DNA from: Hyalangium minutum | Lineage (GTDB): Bacteria; Myxococcota; Myxococcia; Myxococcales; Myxococcaceae | Reading direction: 5' to 3' | NCBI RefSeq assembly: GCF_000737315.1 | Contig: NZ_JMCB01000001.1 | Coordinates: 682,001-746,000 of the forward strand | DNA length: 64,000 bases | In this document: positions 1 to 10,296 of the stretch, one piece after another | How the letters are laid out: each line of letters starts with the position of its first letter | Numbering within the stretch: the stretch's first letter is position 1 | Made by a program: the position numbers and the translations under genes | Notes under the pieces: generated by a model | The model's input: the letters and a program-made list of their open reading frames with translations, nothing else | What the model was told of the DNA's origin: nothing | Databases searched by the model: none

Positions 1-1018
1 CTCGGCCGGTAATGACGAGCCCACCGCGCAGCCGGATGACGGCTCGTTCGATGAGGCCGCCGCCTTCGCCAAGTTCAACCCGGCCTTCATGGATCTGCTC
101 GGGCGCAGCGCGCAGCTGACTCACGCGGAGATGGAGCAGTTCGCGGACTTCGTGCTGCAGATCACCTACCCGCCCAACCCGATCCGGAACCTGGACAACA
201 CGCTCACGCCCACGCAGCAGGCCGGCCGGGACTTCTACTTCGCCCAGACCGTCACCCCGCAGGGAACGTGCGAGACCTGCCACAAGCTCGATCCCAACGC
301 CAACCCCAGTGCGGGCCAGTTCAAGGGCTTCTTCGGAACGGACGGCCGCAGCTCGTTCGACCCGGTGCCCCAGTTCTTCAAGATCCCGCAGCTGCGGAAC
401 ATGTACCAGAAGGTCGGAATGTTCGGAGCGGGCTACGACTTCTTCACCGTCCCCGCCGATTCCTTCCTGGGAGATCAAGTCCGCGGCTTCGGCTTCGGCC
501 ATAACGGCGCCATCCCGGACATGTTCCGCTTCAACAGCAGCTTTGACCAGAACGCGGCGAACCCCGTGGGGCTCGCTAACACCCCCGCGAACGTCACGAA
601 CAAGCGGAACGTGGAGCAGTTCATGTTCGTCTACGAAAACAACCTGGCGCCGATCGTCGGCCAGCAGGTGACGCTGACGGCCAGCAACCTGCTCGTCATG
701 GCTCCCCGGCTGAATCTGCTGATCACACGCGCGAATGCCGGCGAGTGCGATCTGGTGGTGAGAGGCCGCCTCAACTCCCACGACGTGGGATTCCTGTACG
801 TGGGCGGCCAGCAGTACAAGAGGGACGAAGTGGCCCTGCCCAACATCTCCGACTCGAACCTCCGTGCGTCCATCGTGACGTTCGATGCGCTGACCTTTAC
901 CTGCTTCCCGCCTTCCACGGGCACGCGTAACGGCATCGATCACGACCTGGATGGACACCTCAACGGTGACGAGCGGACGGCGGGGACGGACCTGGCGGAC
1001 CCCAACAGCCATCCCTGA
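1..1018 (+). CDS. C-terminal part of a large cytochrome c peroxidase/MauG-like secreted heme protein (5' end outside the window)
   Basis: Frame is open from position 2 through the listed ATG at 89. CxxCH heme motif (TCETCH), KIPQLRN...GFGHNG CCP-like motifs, and a C-terminal DHDLDGHLNGDE Ca-binding-like repeat. Confidence 0.65.
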   Translation, partial: SAGNDEPTAQPDDGSFDEAAAFAKFNPAFMDLLGRSAQLTHAEMEQFADFVLQITYPPNPIRNLDNTLTPTQQAGRDFYFAQTVTPQGTCETCHKLDPNANPSAGQFKGFFGTDGRSSFDPVPQFFKIPQLRNMYQKVGMFGAGYDFFTVPADSFLGDQVRGFGFGHNGAIPDMFRFNSSFDQNAANPVGLANTPANVTNKRNVEQFMFVYENNLAPIVGQQVTLTASNLLVMAPRLNLLITRANAGECDLVVRGRLNSHDVGFLYVGGQQYKRDEVALPNISDSNLRASIVTFDALTFTCFPPSTGTRNGIDHDLDGHLNGDERTAGTDLADPNSHP

Positions 1019-1040
1019 TATCCCTGAGGTGAAGGGACAC

Positions 1041-1071
1041 AGGCCCCTCCGCGCTCACTGCGGAGGGGCCT
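1041..1071. terminator. GC-rich hairpin, probable terminator
   Basis: AGGCCCCTCCGC-7 nt loop-GCGGAGGGGCCT, a perfect 12-bp stem 22 nt after the stop at 1018; no U-tract. Confidence 0.55.
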
Positions 1072-1094
1072 CGGGGTTCCTGAGGTGAAGCGGG

Positions 1095-1679
1095 ATGAAG
1101 GCTCGGACGGTGATGGCGAACGTGCTGGTACCGGTGGGACTCGCAGGGGGCTTCCACCTCGTGGGCATCCGGCCGTTTGCTGTCTTCTTCCTGTTCCTGC
1201 CCTACTGGGTGGCGCTGCTCCTGGGGCCGCTCGACCGGCGGCTCCACAAGTACCTGCCCCCCAGTGAGGGGGGTGGGTATCTGGCCAACCGGGGCTATGC
1301 GGTTGCCCTGCTCGCGGTGCTGCTCGGGTTCGGGTGGATCCAGGAGCGCCTCGACAAGCCGACCTTCTCGTTACTGCTCGGCGTCGCCTTCTTTGATCTC
1401 TGGCCCCTGCTGATGCTGCTGTTGATGGGCCTGCTTCGTTTCGTGAAGCCGGGCGTCTTCGGCTCCAAGGGAGAGGGCTGGCTCGCCCTGCTGGCCTTCC
1501 CAGTGCCGCTGGTGGTGGACCTCGTCATTTATGCGATGTGGATCCCGCCATCGCGCGTCCTCACCCTGCCCCTGGCAGCGGGAGCGGTGCTGACGCTCTT
1601 CATCACGTTCGCAGCGATGGCGGTGCTCGGTGAACGGATCGTCCATCAGCCTGAGCCGCCCCAGTCCCAGCCCGAGTAA
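1095..1679 (+). CDS. Hypothetical integral membrane protein
   Basis: 194 aa with about 5-6 hydrophobic segments; GAGGTGA Shine-Dalgarno-like sequence upstream. Confidence 0.7.
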   Translation: MKARTVMANVLVPVGLAGGFHLVGIRPFAVFFLFLPYWVALLLGPLDRRLHKYLPPSEGGGYLANRGYAVALLAVLLGFGWIQERLDKPTFSLLLGVAFFDLWPLLMLLLMGLLRFVKPGVFGSKGEGWLALLAFPVPLVVDLVIYAMWIPPSRVLTLPLAAGAVLTLFITFAAMAVLGERIVHQPEPPQSQPE

Positions 1680-1696
1680 CACGGCCAGGGGTGGGC

Positions 1697-2437
1697 CTAC
1701 CCCTTCCCCGTGCGAAGGTACTGGCTCACGTGCGCCTTGGCCCGGCGGGCAGCGGCTTCCACCGAGCGGCCTCGCCCCAGTTCCGCGGCCAGCGCCGAGG
1801 CCAACCTGCAACCCGTTCCCCGGCGCTCAGACGATCGCTGGACACGCTTGCCCGTGAGCAGCCGCGTCGTGCCCGGCGTGCACAGCACGTCCACGGCTCC
1901 GCGCTCGCGGTGGCCGCCCTTCACCAGGACCGCTCCGAAGCCACGCGCCACCAGCGTCCGCCCGGCCTCTGCGGCTTCCTCCACCGTCTCAACCGCTGGC
2001 AGCCCCAAGAGCCACGCGGCCTCGTCCAGGTTCGGCGTCAGGAGTACGCGCGGTCCTGCGAGCCCCAGGTAGTGCTTCACTGAGAGCTTCGAGAGCCGCT
2101 GCCCCCGCGACGTCCGCACCACGGGATCCACCACCCACCACGCCTCCACATCCTCCAGGGCCTCGCGGATCGCCGAGAGCCGCGCCGCATCCGGCACCAT
2201 GCCCAGCTTCACCGCGTGCAACGGCCCCAGCTCTCGCGCCGCGGCCACCTGGGCCTTCAGCACCCGCGCCGGAGCCGCCTGCCACAAGAACGTCGTGAGG
2301 CCCTGCGCCGTCTGCGCCGTGGGCACTGCTACCGGAGCGCCGCCCATCGCCCGCACTGCGGCCGCATCCGCCAGCAGCCCCGCACGGCCGGTGGGCTCAT
2401 GGCCCGCGAGCAGCAGGACTCGAGACACCCCACTCAC
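1697..2437 (-). CDS. thiD: Hydroxymethylpyrimidine/phosphomethylpyrimidine kinase
   Basis: AGHEPTGRAGLLAD, VKLGM, VVDPV, LTPNLDEA, VLVKGGH and RGTGC motifs of the ThiD ribokinase family. Confidence 0.85.
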   Translation of the reverse strand: MSGVSRVLLLAGHEPTGRAGLLADAAAVRAMGGAPVAVPTAQTAQGLTTFLWQAAPARVLKAQVAAARELGPLHAVKLGMVPDAARLSAIREALEDVEAWWVVDPVVRTSRGQRLSKLSVKHYLGLAGPRVLLTPNLDEAAWLLGLPAVETVEEAAEAGRTLVARGFGAVLVKGGHRERGAVDVLCTPGTTRLLTGKRVQRSSERRGTGCRLASALAAELGRGRSVEAAARRAKAHVSQYLRTGKG

Positions 2438-3201
2438 CGCCGGTAGTCACGCGCCTTGTGGATGAACACCTTGTACACCCCGCCGTGCACTGGCAGGGTC
2501 GTCAGCATGTACTCCGGGTGCCATTGCACGCCCAACGCGAAGGCATGCGCGGAGGACTCGATGGCCTCCGTCACCCCGTCCGAAGACACGGCGCTCGCCA
2601 CCACCTGGTTGCCCAGCGCCTTCACCGCCTGGTGGTGCGTCGAGTTCACCATCAGCTGCCCCTTCCCCACCGCCTCCGCCAACAGCGTGCCGTCCTTCAC
2701 GTCCACCGGGTGCTGCGGGTGCGTCCGGTCATGCTTCTGCTCGTGCTCCCGAGCCTCCGGCAGCTCGCGTCCGATGTCCTGGTACAGCGTGCCGCCCAGC
2801 ACCACGTTCAGCAGCTGCATGCCCCCGCAGATGCCCAGCACTGGCATGTTCCGCTTCAGCGCCGCGCGCATCAGCGCCGACTCGAAGGCCGTCCGCGCCT
2901 CCTTCATGGGACCCATGCCCTCGCGCGCCGTGTCGCCGTAGGCCACCGGGTTGATGTCGAACGCGCCTCCCGTGATCAGCACCCCGGACACGCGATCCAG
3001 GTACGCCTCCACGCACGTGGGGTCATCCGAGTACGGCAGCACGAACGGCAGCCCTCCCGCGCGCAGCACGGCCTCCGAGTACACCGCCTTCAGCTCGTAG
3101 CGGGCAAAGGGGTTGCCCTCGCCAGCCTCGGTCCAGTCCGGGGAGATGCCAATGTTGGGCCGCCGAGGCGGCTGGCCGTGATGTCTCAGAGGAGGAGTCA
3201 T
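2434..3201 (-). CDS. Gamma-glutamyl-gamma-aminobutyrate hydrolase family protein (peptidase C26, class I glutamine amidotransferase-like)
   Basis: LITGGAFD, GICGGMQ (nucleophile Cys), VNSTHHQAV, GVQWHPE (His/Glu of the triad). Confidence 0.85.
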   Translation of the reverse strand: MTPPLRHHGQPPRRPNIGISPDWTEAGEGNPFARYELKAVYSEAVLRAGGLPFVLPYSDDPTCVEAYLDRVSGVLITGGAFDINPVAYGDTAREGMGPMKEARTAFESALMRAALKRNMPVLGICGGMQLLNVVLGGTLYQDIGRELPEAREHEQKHDRTHPQHPVDVKDGTLLAEAVGKGQLMVNSTHHQAVKALGNQVVASAVSSDGVTEAIESSAHAFALGVQWHPEYMLTTLPVHGGVYKVFIHKARDYRR

Positions 3202-3878
3202 GGAGCGCTCACGAGGCTAGCCCCGTTGACGCCCGAGTCAAAGGCCGCCAGCAAACGGCGCACCCGCTCGGCAATGTCCTCGGCGAGCAGGGCATCGGAG
3301 ACCACCGCCGCCCCATGCGCTCCCGCGGCCGCCACCTGCCCGATGTTCGCCAGCCCTACCCCGCCAATCCCGACCACCGGGAGAGGACTGTCCCGCACCA
3401 CCACTGCGAAGCCTTCCACCCCCAGCACCGGGGCCGGCACCTGTTTCGTCGTCGTCCCGAAGACAGGCCCCACCCCCACGTAGTCCGCCCCGGCTTCCTT
3501 CGCCGCCCGCGCCCCCGCTGCGTTCCGCACCGTGACGCCCACCACCTTCCGAGGGCCCAGCAGCTCGCGCGCCGCCTCCGGGGGCAGGTCCTCGTCTCCC
3601 ACATGAACCCCATCCGCTCCCGCCAGCAGCGCCAGATCCACCCGATCGTTCAGGAGGCACACCGCCCCTGCCTTGTGGCAGGCGGCCACCACCTCCCGGG
3701 CTGCAGCCAGGGCCTCCCGAGGAGGCGTGTGCTTCATCCGAAGCTGGATGACCCGGGCCCCACCCGCCAGCAGGCGAGCAGCCTTCTCTGCCAGCGGGAG
3801 CTCAGGCCGGACAGTATCGTCACAGAGCAGATAGGGGCCTCGGGGAAGCGGAGGACGGTCGGGAAGGTTCATCGGCAC
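3198..3878 (-). CDS. thiE: Thiamine-phosphate synthase (start may be ATG 3872)
   Basis: IQLRMK, LLNDRVDLA, DGVHVGDED, DYVGVGPVFGTTTK, VVGIGG motifs. Confidence 0.92.
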   Translation of the reverse strand: MPMNLPDRPPLPRGPYLLCDDTVRPELPLAEKAARLLAGGARVIQLRMKHTPPREALAAAREVVAACHKAGAVCLLNDRVDLALLAGADGVHVGDEDLPPEAARELLGPRKVVGVTVRNAAGARAAKEAGADYVGVGPVFGTTTKQVPAPVLGVEGFAVVVRDSPLPVVGIGGVGLANIGQVAAAGAHGAAVVSDALLAEDIAERVRRLLAAFDSGVNGASLVSAP

Positions 3879-3898
3879 GAGGAGCGGGTCGGGCGGCG

Positions 3899-3924
3899 TT
3901 GACAGGCGGCACCTCTGCTATAAG
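3899..3924 (+). promoter_or_regulatory. Possible sigma70-type promoter for the 3965 operon
   Basis: TTGACA (3899-3904) and extended -10 TGcTATAAG (3916-3924). The spacer is only 14 nt, so this is more plausibly an extended -10 promoter. Confidence 0.3.
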
Positions 3925-3964
3925 GTGGCGCGCCCTTTTCACAAGAGATTCCGAGGATTTGAAC

Positions 3965-4222
3965 ATGGCGGATACCCTGGACCCGAAGCACCTCGACAAG
4001 CGCACCGCGGAGCGCTACCTGCGCAGCGGCCAGCTGGACGAGAAGTCATACGAGCGCCACATCAAGGGCCTGCCGGACGTGGCCGAGAAGTCCGTGCCGG
4101 TGGAGACGGCGATGGACGGTGAGGACTTCGACGACGAGGAGGAGGATCTCGACGAGGACGAGGGCGACGACGAGGGCGACGACGAGGAGGCCGAGGGTTC
4201 CGAGGACACCGAGGCCCCATGA
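3965..4222 (+). CDS. Small hypothetical protein with a highly acidic C-terminal tail
   Basis: ATG 3965 (MADTLDPKHLDKRTAERYLRSG...) with GAGGA upstream. The last ~35 aa are nearly all D/E. Stop overlaps the next start (ATGA). Confidence 0.75.
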   Translation: MADTLDPKHLDKRTAERYLRSGQLDEKSYERHIKGLPDVAEKSVPVETAMDGEDFDDEEEDLDEDEGDDEGDDEEAEGSEDTEAP

Positions 4223-4524
4223 CGGACCCCAAGCGGGGCGAGACCTTCGTGATGCGGGGGGAAGCGGACCCCGCATCCAGCCCCATTGCCTTCAACACCT
4301 TCATCATCGGGCTGGCCTCCACGACGCTCATCCACCTGGGTGAGGCGGCCAACCCCGACACGGGCCGCACCGAGCGCAACCTGGAGCTGGCCCGCGAGAG
4401 CCTGGAGCTGCTCTCCATGCTGCGCGAGAAGACGCGCGGCAACCTCACCGAGGAGGAAGAGAAGCTCTTCGCCACCCTGCTTACCGATCTGCGCCTGCGC
4501 TTCGTGGAGGCCAGCAAGCGGTGA
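4219..4524 (+). CDS. DUF1844-like domain protein
   Basis: FNTFIIGLASTTLIHLGE...NLELARESLELLSMLREKTRGNLTEEEEKL...LRLRFVE matches my recollection of DUF1844. Confidence 0.75.
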   Translation: MTDPKRGETFVMRGEADPASSPIAFNTFIIGLASTTLIHLGEAANPDTGRTERNLELARESLELLSMLREKTRGNLTEEEEKLFATLLTDLRLRFVEASKR

Positions 4525-5156
4525 GCGAGCCCGCTCCGAGCTCCCCCCCGAAACTGCCCCGCGACATCCGCATCGCCGCGGTGCTGGGGCTCATCTTCTC
4601 GGGGCTGATCGGCATGTCCAGCGTGGTGGAGCTGTCCCGGCTGGCGCAGCTCTCCGAGTACAAGGAAGCCGTCCTTTCCAGTCCCACCGCGAACACGGAG
4701 CACGCGCTCAACACGCAGCTGCTGCTCGCCCAGTTCTCCGCCGAGGAGTCCATGCGCGAGCCGCGCTCCTTCCTCCTGGGAGCGCTGGCGGTGACGTGCG
4801 CCTTCGTCTTCGTGGGCGCCAGCCGCATGCTCCGGCCGGGCGGAATGCCGCGCGAAGGCATGCGCGTACTGCTCTCCTGGGGCAGCCTGCTCGCCGCGGT
4901 GCTGCGCACCATCGACGGAGCCCAGTTCCAAGTCGTCGTGGACCACATGGGCGCGGCCCTGGTGAAGGGCCCCTTCCCCAACCAGTGGGACCCCGAGCAG
5001 CTCGAGGCCATCAAGCAGTACGGCCCCGCGGTGCTGACGTGGTTCTACCGAGCTCTCACCGCCGCCGTCGCGGGCAGCTTCGCGGTGCTCGGCCAGTACT
5101 TCCGCAGCGAGCGCGTGCGGCAGACAGTCGTCGCGTTGGACGGTCCCACCGAATAG
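4521..5156 (+). CDS. Hypothetical membrane protein
   Basis: GTG start overlapping the upstream stop; about 4 hydrophobic segments. Confidence 0.7.
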   Translation: MSEPAPSSPPKLPRDIRIAAVLGLIFSGLIGMSSVVELSRLAQLSEYKEAVLSSPTANTEHALNTQLLLAQFSAEESMREPRSFLLGALAVTCAFVFVGASRMLRPGGMPREGMRVLLSWGSLLAAVLRTIDGAQFQVVVDHMGAALVKGPFPNQWDPEQLEAIKQYGPAVLTWFYRALTAAVAGSFAVLGQYFRSERVRQTVVALDGPTE

Positions 5157-5174
5157 CCTCCCCGAGTGTCCGCC

Positions 5175-5780
5175 TCAGGCGGCGTCCGAGGCGCGGGACA
5201 TCTGAGGGCTGGGGAGCAGCATCTCCAGCCGCCCCTCCGCGTCTTGCGCGTCCGCCGCGTCCAAGCTCAGCACTACGCTCGGAGAGGCGCGCGGCATGCC
5301 CAGCAGCTCCTCGCGCGTGAGGCCGAACACGTAGGCCAGGTGCCCCATGGGCCAGCGCGCCCGCATCCGCGTGAAGGCCGCATCGTCCTGCTCCTCCTCG
5401 CCCGACAGCTCCACGTCCTCGTAGACGACCTTGTCCCCGCCCACGCGGTGGCCATTGCCGTAGGCAATCACCTGCTCGCGCTCCTCGGGGTCGTAGACGT
5501 AGACGTGCACCGTGGCGTTCGCCGCCCGGGACAGCATCCGAGCAAGCGCATGGTGATCCGCATACCAGTGCGCGCCCGAGCGGCCCGTCGCCTGCGTGCC
5601 CGTGAAGGCCAGCCGGATCACCTTCCGGCGGCGGATCACCGAGAGGTGGAGGCCCGGCGGCACGCCAGCCACTCCCTCGAGCGCCAGCGCCTCGCGCGCC
5701 AGTCTTGGGAGCTCCAGGCCGTGGAACGTTTCGAGCCGAATCAGGTAACCGCCGTGCGCTTCCAGAGTACGTCCCCCCAT
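5175..5780 (-). CDS. Hypothetical protein
   Basis: 201-aa ORF with GC3-biased codons filling the gap before clpB; no recognisable motif. Confidence 0.7.
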   Translation of the reverse strand: MGGRTLEAHGGYLIRLETFHGLELPRLAREALALEGVAGVPPGLHLSVIRRRKVIRLAFTGTQATGRSGAHWYADHHALARMLSRAANATVHVYVYDPEEREQVIAYGNGHRVGGDKVVYEDVELSGEEEQDDAAFTRMRARWPMGHLAYVFGLTREELLGMPRASPSVVLSLDAADAQDAEGRLEMLLPSPQMSRASDAA

Positions 5781-5925
5781 AAAGGCGCGCGGCGTATAGC
5801 CGGGCTCTTCCCTTCTGGCAACCCCCTAACCTTGAAAGCCCGGGGATTCCTGGCAGCCGAAAGTATTACGGCCAATGTGTACGGCCGTTCCTTGCCAAGG
5901 AGGGTTCGGCCCTTACGTTGTGACT

Positions 5926-8577
<2,652 letters not shown>

Positions 8578-8603
8578 GCCTCCTCGCCCTGAAGTGAAGA
8601 CAC

Positions 8604-8643
8604 GAGCGCCCCACCCCGCATGCCGGGATGGGGCGCTCTTTTT
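8604..8643 (+). terminator. Intrinsic terminator between convergent clpB and argR
   Basis: GAGCGCCCCA...TGGGGCGCTC stem followed by TTTTT. Confidence 0.75.
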
Positions 8644-9061
8644 ATGCGAGCCGCAGCAGCTGCTCGACCTGCTCCCGCACCTCGAGCAGCAGCTCCGGAT
8701 CCTTCACGGCGATGAAGATCGTGTCATCCCCCGCCACCGTGCCCGCCAGCCCGGGGATGGCCGCGGATCGATCCACCATCAGCGCCACCGCCTGCGCGTA
8801 GCCCGGCGATGTCTTCAGCACGAGCAGGTTCGGCGGCGCCTCGATCACAGTGATCGCCTGCGTGGGCGCGGCCGGCCCCGGCTCCACCCGCTGGTAGCGC
8901 CCGCCCACCTTCTGGATCGACAGCCGCTTCAGGTGCCGCGAGAGCGTGGACTGGCTCGGCGCGTGGCCCTCGGCCGCCAACAACCGCTGGAGCACCGCCT
9001 GATCGGTGATCTCGTTCGCCTCCAGCAACCTCACGATGGCCTCATCCAGCTGAAGATCCAC
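8642..9061 (-). CDS. argR: Arginine repressor (likely GTG start at 9061; ORF extends to 9088)
   Basis: QSTLSRHLKRL winged helix-turn-helix, LKTSPGYAQAVA, AGTVAGDDTIFI arginine-binding motif. GGAGG lies 7 nt upstream of GTG 9061. Confidence 0.92.
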   Translation of the reverse strand: MDLQLDEAIVRLLEANEITDQAVLQRLLAAEGHAPSQSTLSRHLKRLSIQKVGGRYQRVEPGPAAPTQAITVIEAPPNLLVLKTSPGYAQAVALMVDRSAAIPGLAGTVAGDDTIFIAVKDPELLLEVREQVEQLLRLA

Positions 9062-9077
9062 GCCCATCCCTCCACCA

Positions 9078-9101
9078 TGCATTTTCATGCATATGCATGC
9101 A
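9078..9101. promoter_or_regulatory. Two overlapping ARG-box-like palindromes upstream of argR
   Basis: TGCATTTTCATGCA (9078-9091) and TGCATATGCATGCA (9088-9101), both TGCAT-N4-ATGCA, matching the TGMAT-N4-ATKCA core. Confidence 0.65.
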
Positions 9102-9175
9102 AGTACCCTTTGGGGAACCGATCAGAATCCCCGCGAAAAATCGCGACAAAATAGGGTATTGCGCTGCGCGTTGAA

Positions 9176-9231
9176 CTGAATATTATGCGCAACTCCTTCG
9201 GTCCAATGCAGCGTTTATGCACGACTATGCA
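9176..9231. promoter_or_regulatory. Phased array of ARG-box-like sites upstream of argF'
   Basis: ATGC(A/G) half-sites at 9185, 9206 and 9227 (exact 21-bp period); best full box TGCACGACTATGCA at 9218-9231. Confidence 0.55.
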
Positions 9232-9273
9232 AGCCCGCCGGAGGCTCCTCCCGCATCGCGAGGTCCCCACAGC

Positions 9274-10278
9274 ATGAGGCATCTCACCCGCATCCAGGAT
9301 CTGGGCCCCGAAGGCGTCGAGAAGATCCTCGCGCAGGCTGCGGCCTGGAAGCGCCAGGCCCCCGGCCCCATCTTCCAGAACCGCCTGCTGGGGATGGTGT
9401 TCTTCAACCCCTCGCTGCGCACGCGCACCTCGTTCGAGGCGGTGATGCTGCGCTCGGGTGGGCACGCCATCGTGCTGGATGTGGGCAACGGCGTGTGGAA
9501 GCTGGAGGACCGGGTGGGCGCGGTGATGAACGCGGACCGGGCCGAGCACATCAAGGAGGCGGCGCCGGTGCTGTCGCGCTTCGCGGACATGCTCGGGGTG
9601 CGCGCGTTCTCGCAGGGCGGCGGCGACGAGGAGGATGAGCAGGACTCGGTCATCAACTCCTTCCGCAAGCACGTCACCGTGCCGCTGGTGAGCATGGAGT
9701 CCGCGCGCGAGCACCCGTGCCAGGGCCTGGCGGACGCGCTGACGCTCCGGGAGAACTTCGGCTCCACCAAGAAGCTGCCGGTGACGCTCACGTGGGCGCC
9801 CCACATCAAGCCGCTGCCCAAGGCGGTGCCGAACTCGTTCCTGCTGACGGCGGCGGCCGCGGGCTGCGAGGTGCGCGTGGCCCACCCGCCGGGCTTCGAG
9901 CTGCATCCGAAGGTGCGCGCCGAGGCCGAGGCCTACGCAAAGGCCACCGGCGGCAGCGTCACGTACACCCACGATCAAGAGGAGGCGCTGGAGGGCAGCC
10001 GCGCCGTCTATGCCAAGGCCTGGGGCCCGGCCACTCGCGCGGGGCACGCCCCGGGGGATGTGGCGGCGCTGCTGGCGTCGTACTCGGGGTGGATGCCCAC
10101 CCGGCGCTCCATGTCCCTGGCCGCCAAGGACGCCATCTTCCTCCACTGCCTGCCGGTGAGGCGCAACGTCGAAGTGTCCGATGAGGTGTTGGATCACCCC
10201 TCCAGCCGTGTTGTGGATACGGCGGAGAACCGCTTCCACGTCCAGCGCTCCATTCTTCAGTGGATCCTGTCTACCTGA
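9274..10278 (+). CDS. argF': N-acyl-ornithine carbamoyltransferase (ArgF' family), predicted N-succinyl-preferring
   Basis: FFNPSLRTRTSF, WKLE, DRAEH, HPCQ, TLTWAPHIKPLP, HCLPVRRNVE and AENR are ArgF'-type, not classical OTCase. ATG at 9274. Confidence 0.88.
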   Translation: MRHLTRIQDLGPEGVEKILAQAAAWKRQAPGPIFQNRLLGMVFFNPSLRTRTSFEAVMLRSGGHAIVLDVGNGVWKLEDRVGAVMNADRAEHIKEAAPVLSRFADMLGVRAFSQGGGDEEDEQDSVINSFRKHVTVPLVSMESAREHPCQGLADALTLRENFGSTKKLPVTLTWAPHIKPLPKAVPNSFLLTAAAAGCEVRVAHPPGFELHPKVRAEAEAYAKATGGSVTYTHDQEEALEGSRAVYAKAWGPATRAGHAPGDVAALLASYSGWMPTRRSMSLAAKDAIFLHCLPVRRNVEVSDEVLDHPSSRVVDTAENRFHVQRSILQWILST

Positions 10279-10296
10279 CCCCCTTCGAGGTCTGCC

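Noticed and set aside
3879-3964. TPP riboswitch upstream of thiE
   Set aside because: The gap is under 90 nt and lacks the CTGAGA/ACCTG core motifs.
4129-4200. GAC/GAG-rich tandem repeat as an independent element
   Set aside because: It simply encodes the acidic tail of the 3965-4222 protein.
5775-5840. Sigma32 promoter or CIRCE element upstream of clpB
   Set aside because: CTTGAAA (5831-5837) has no CCCCAT at a suitable distance downstream (the CCCCAT lies upstream of it), and there is no TTAGCACTC-N9-GAGTGCTAA.
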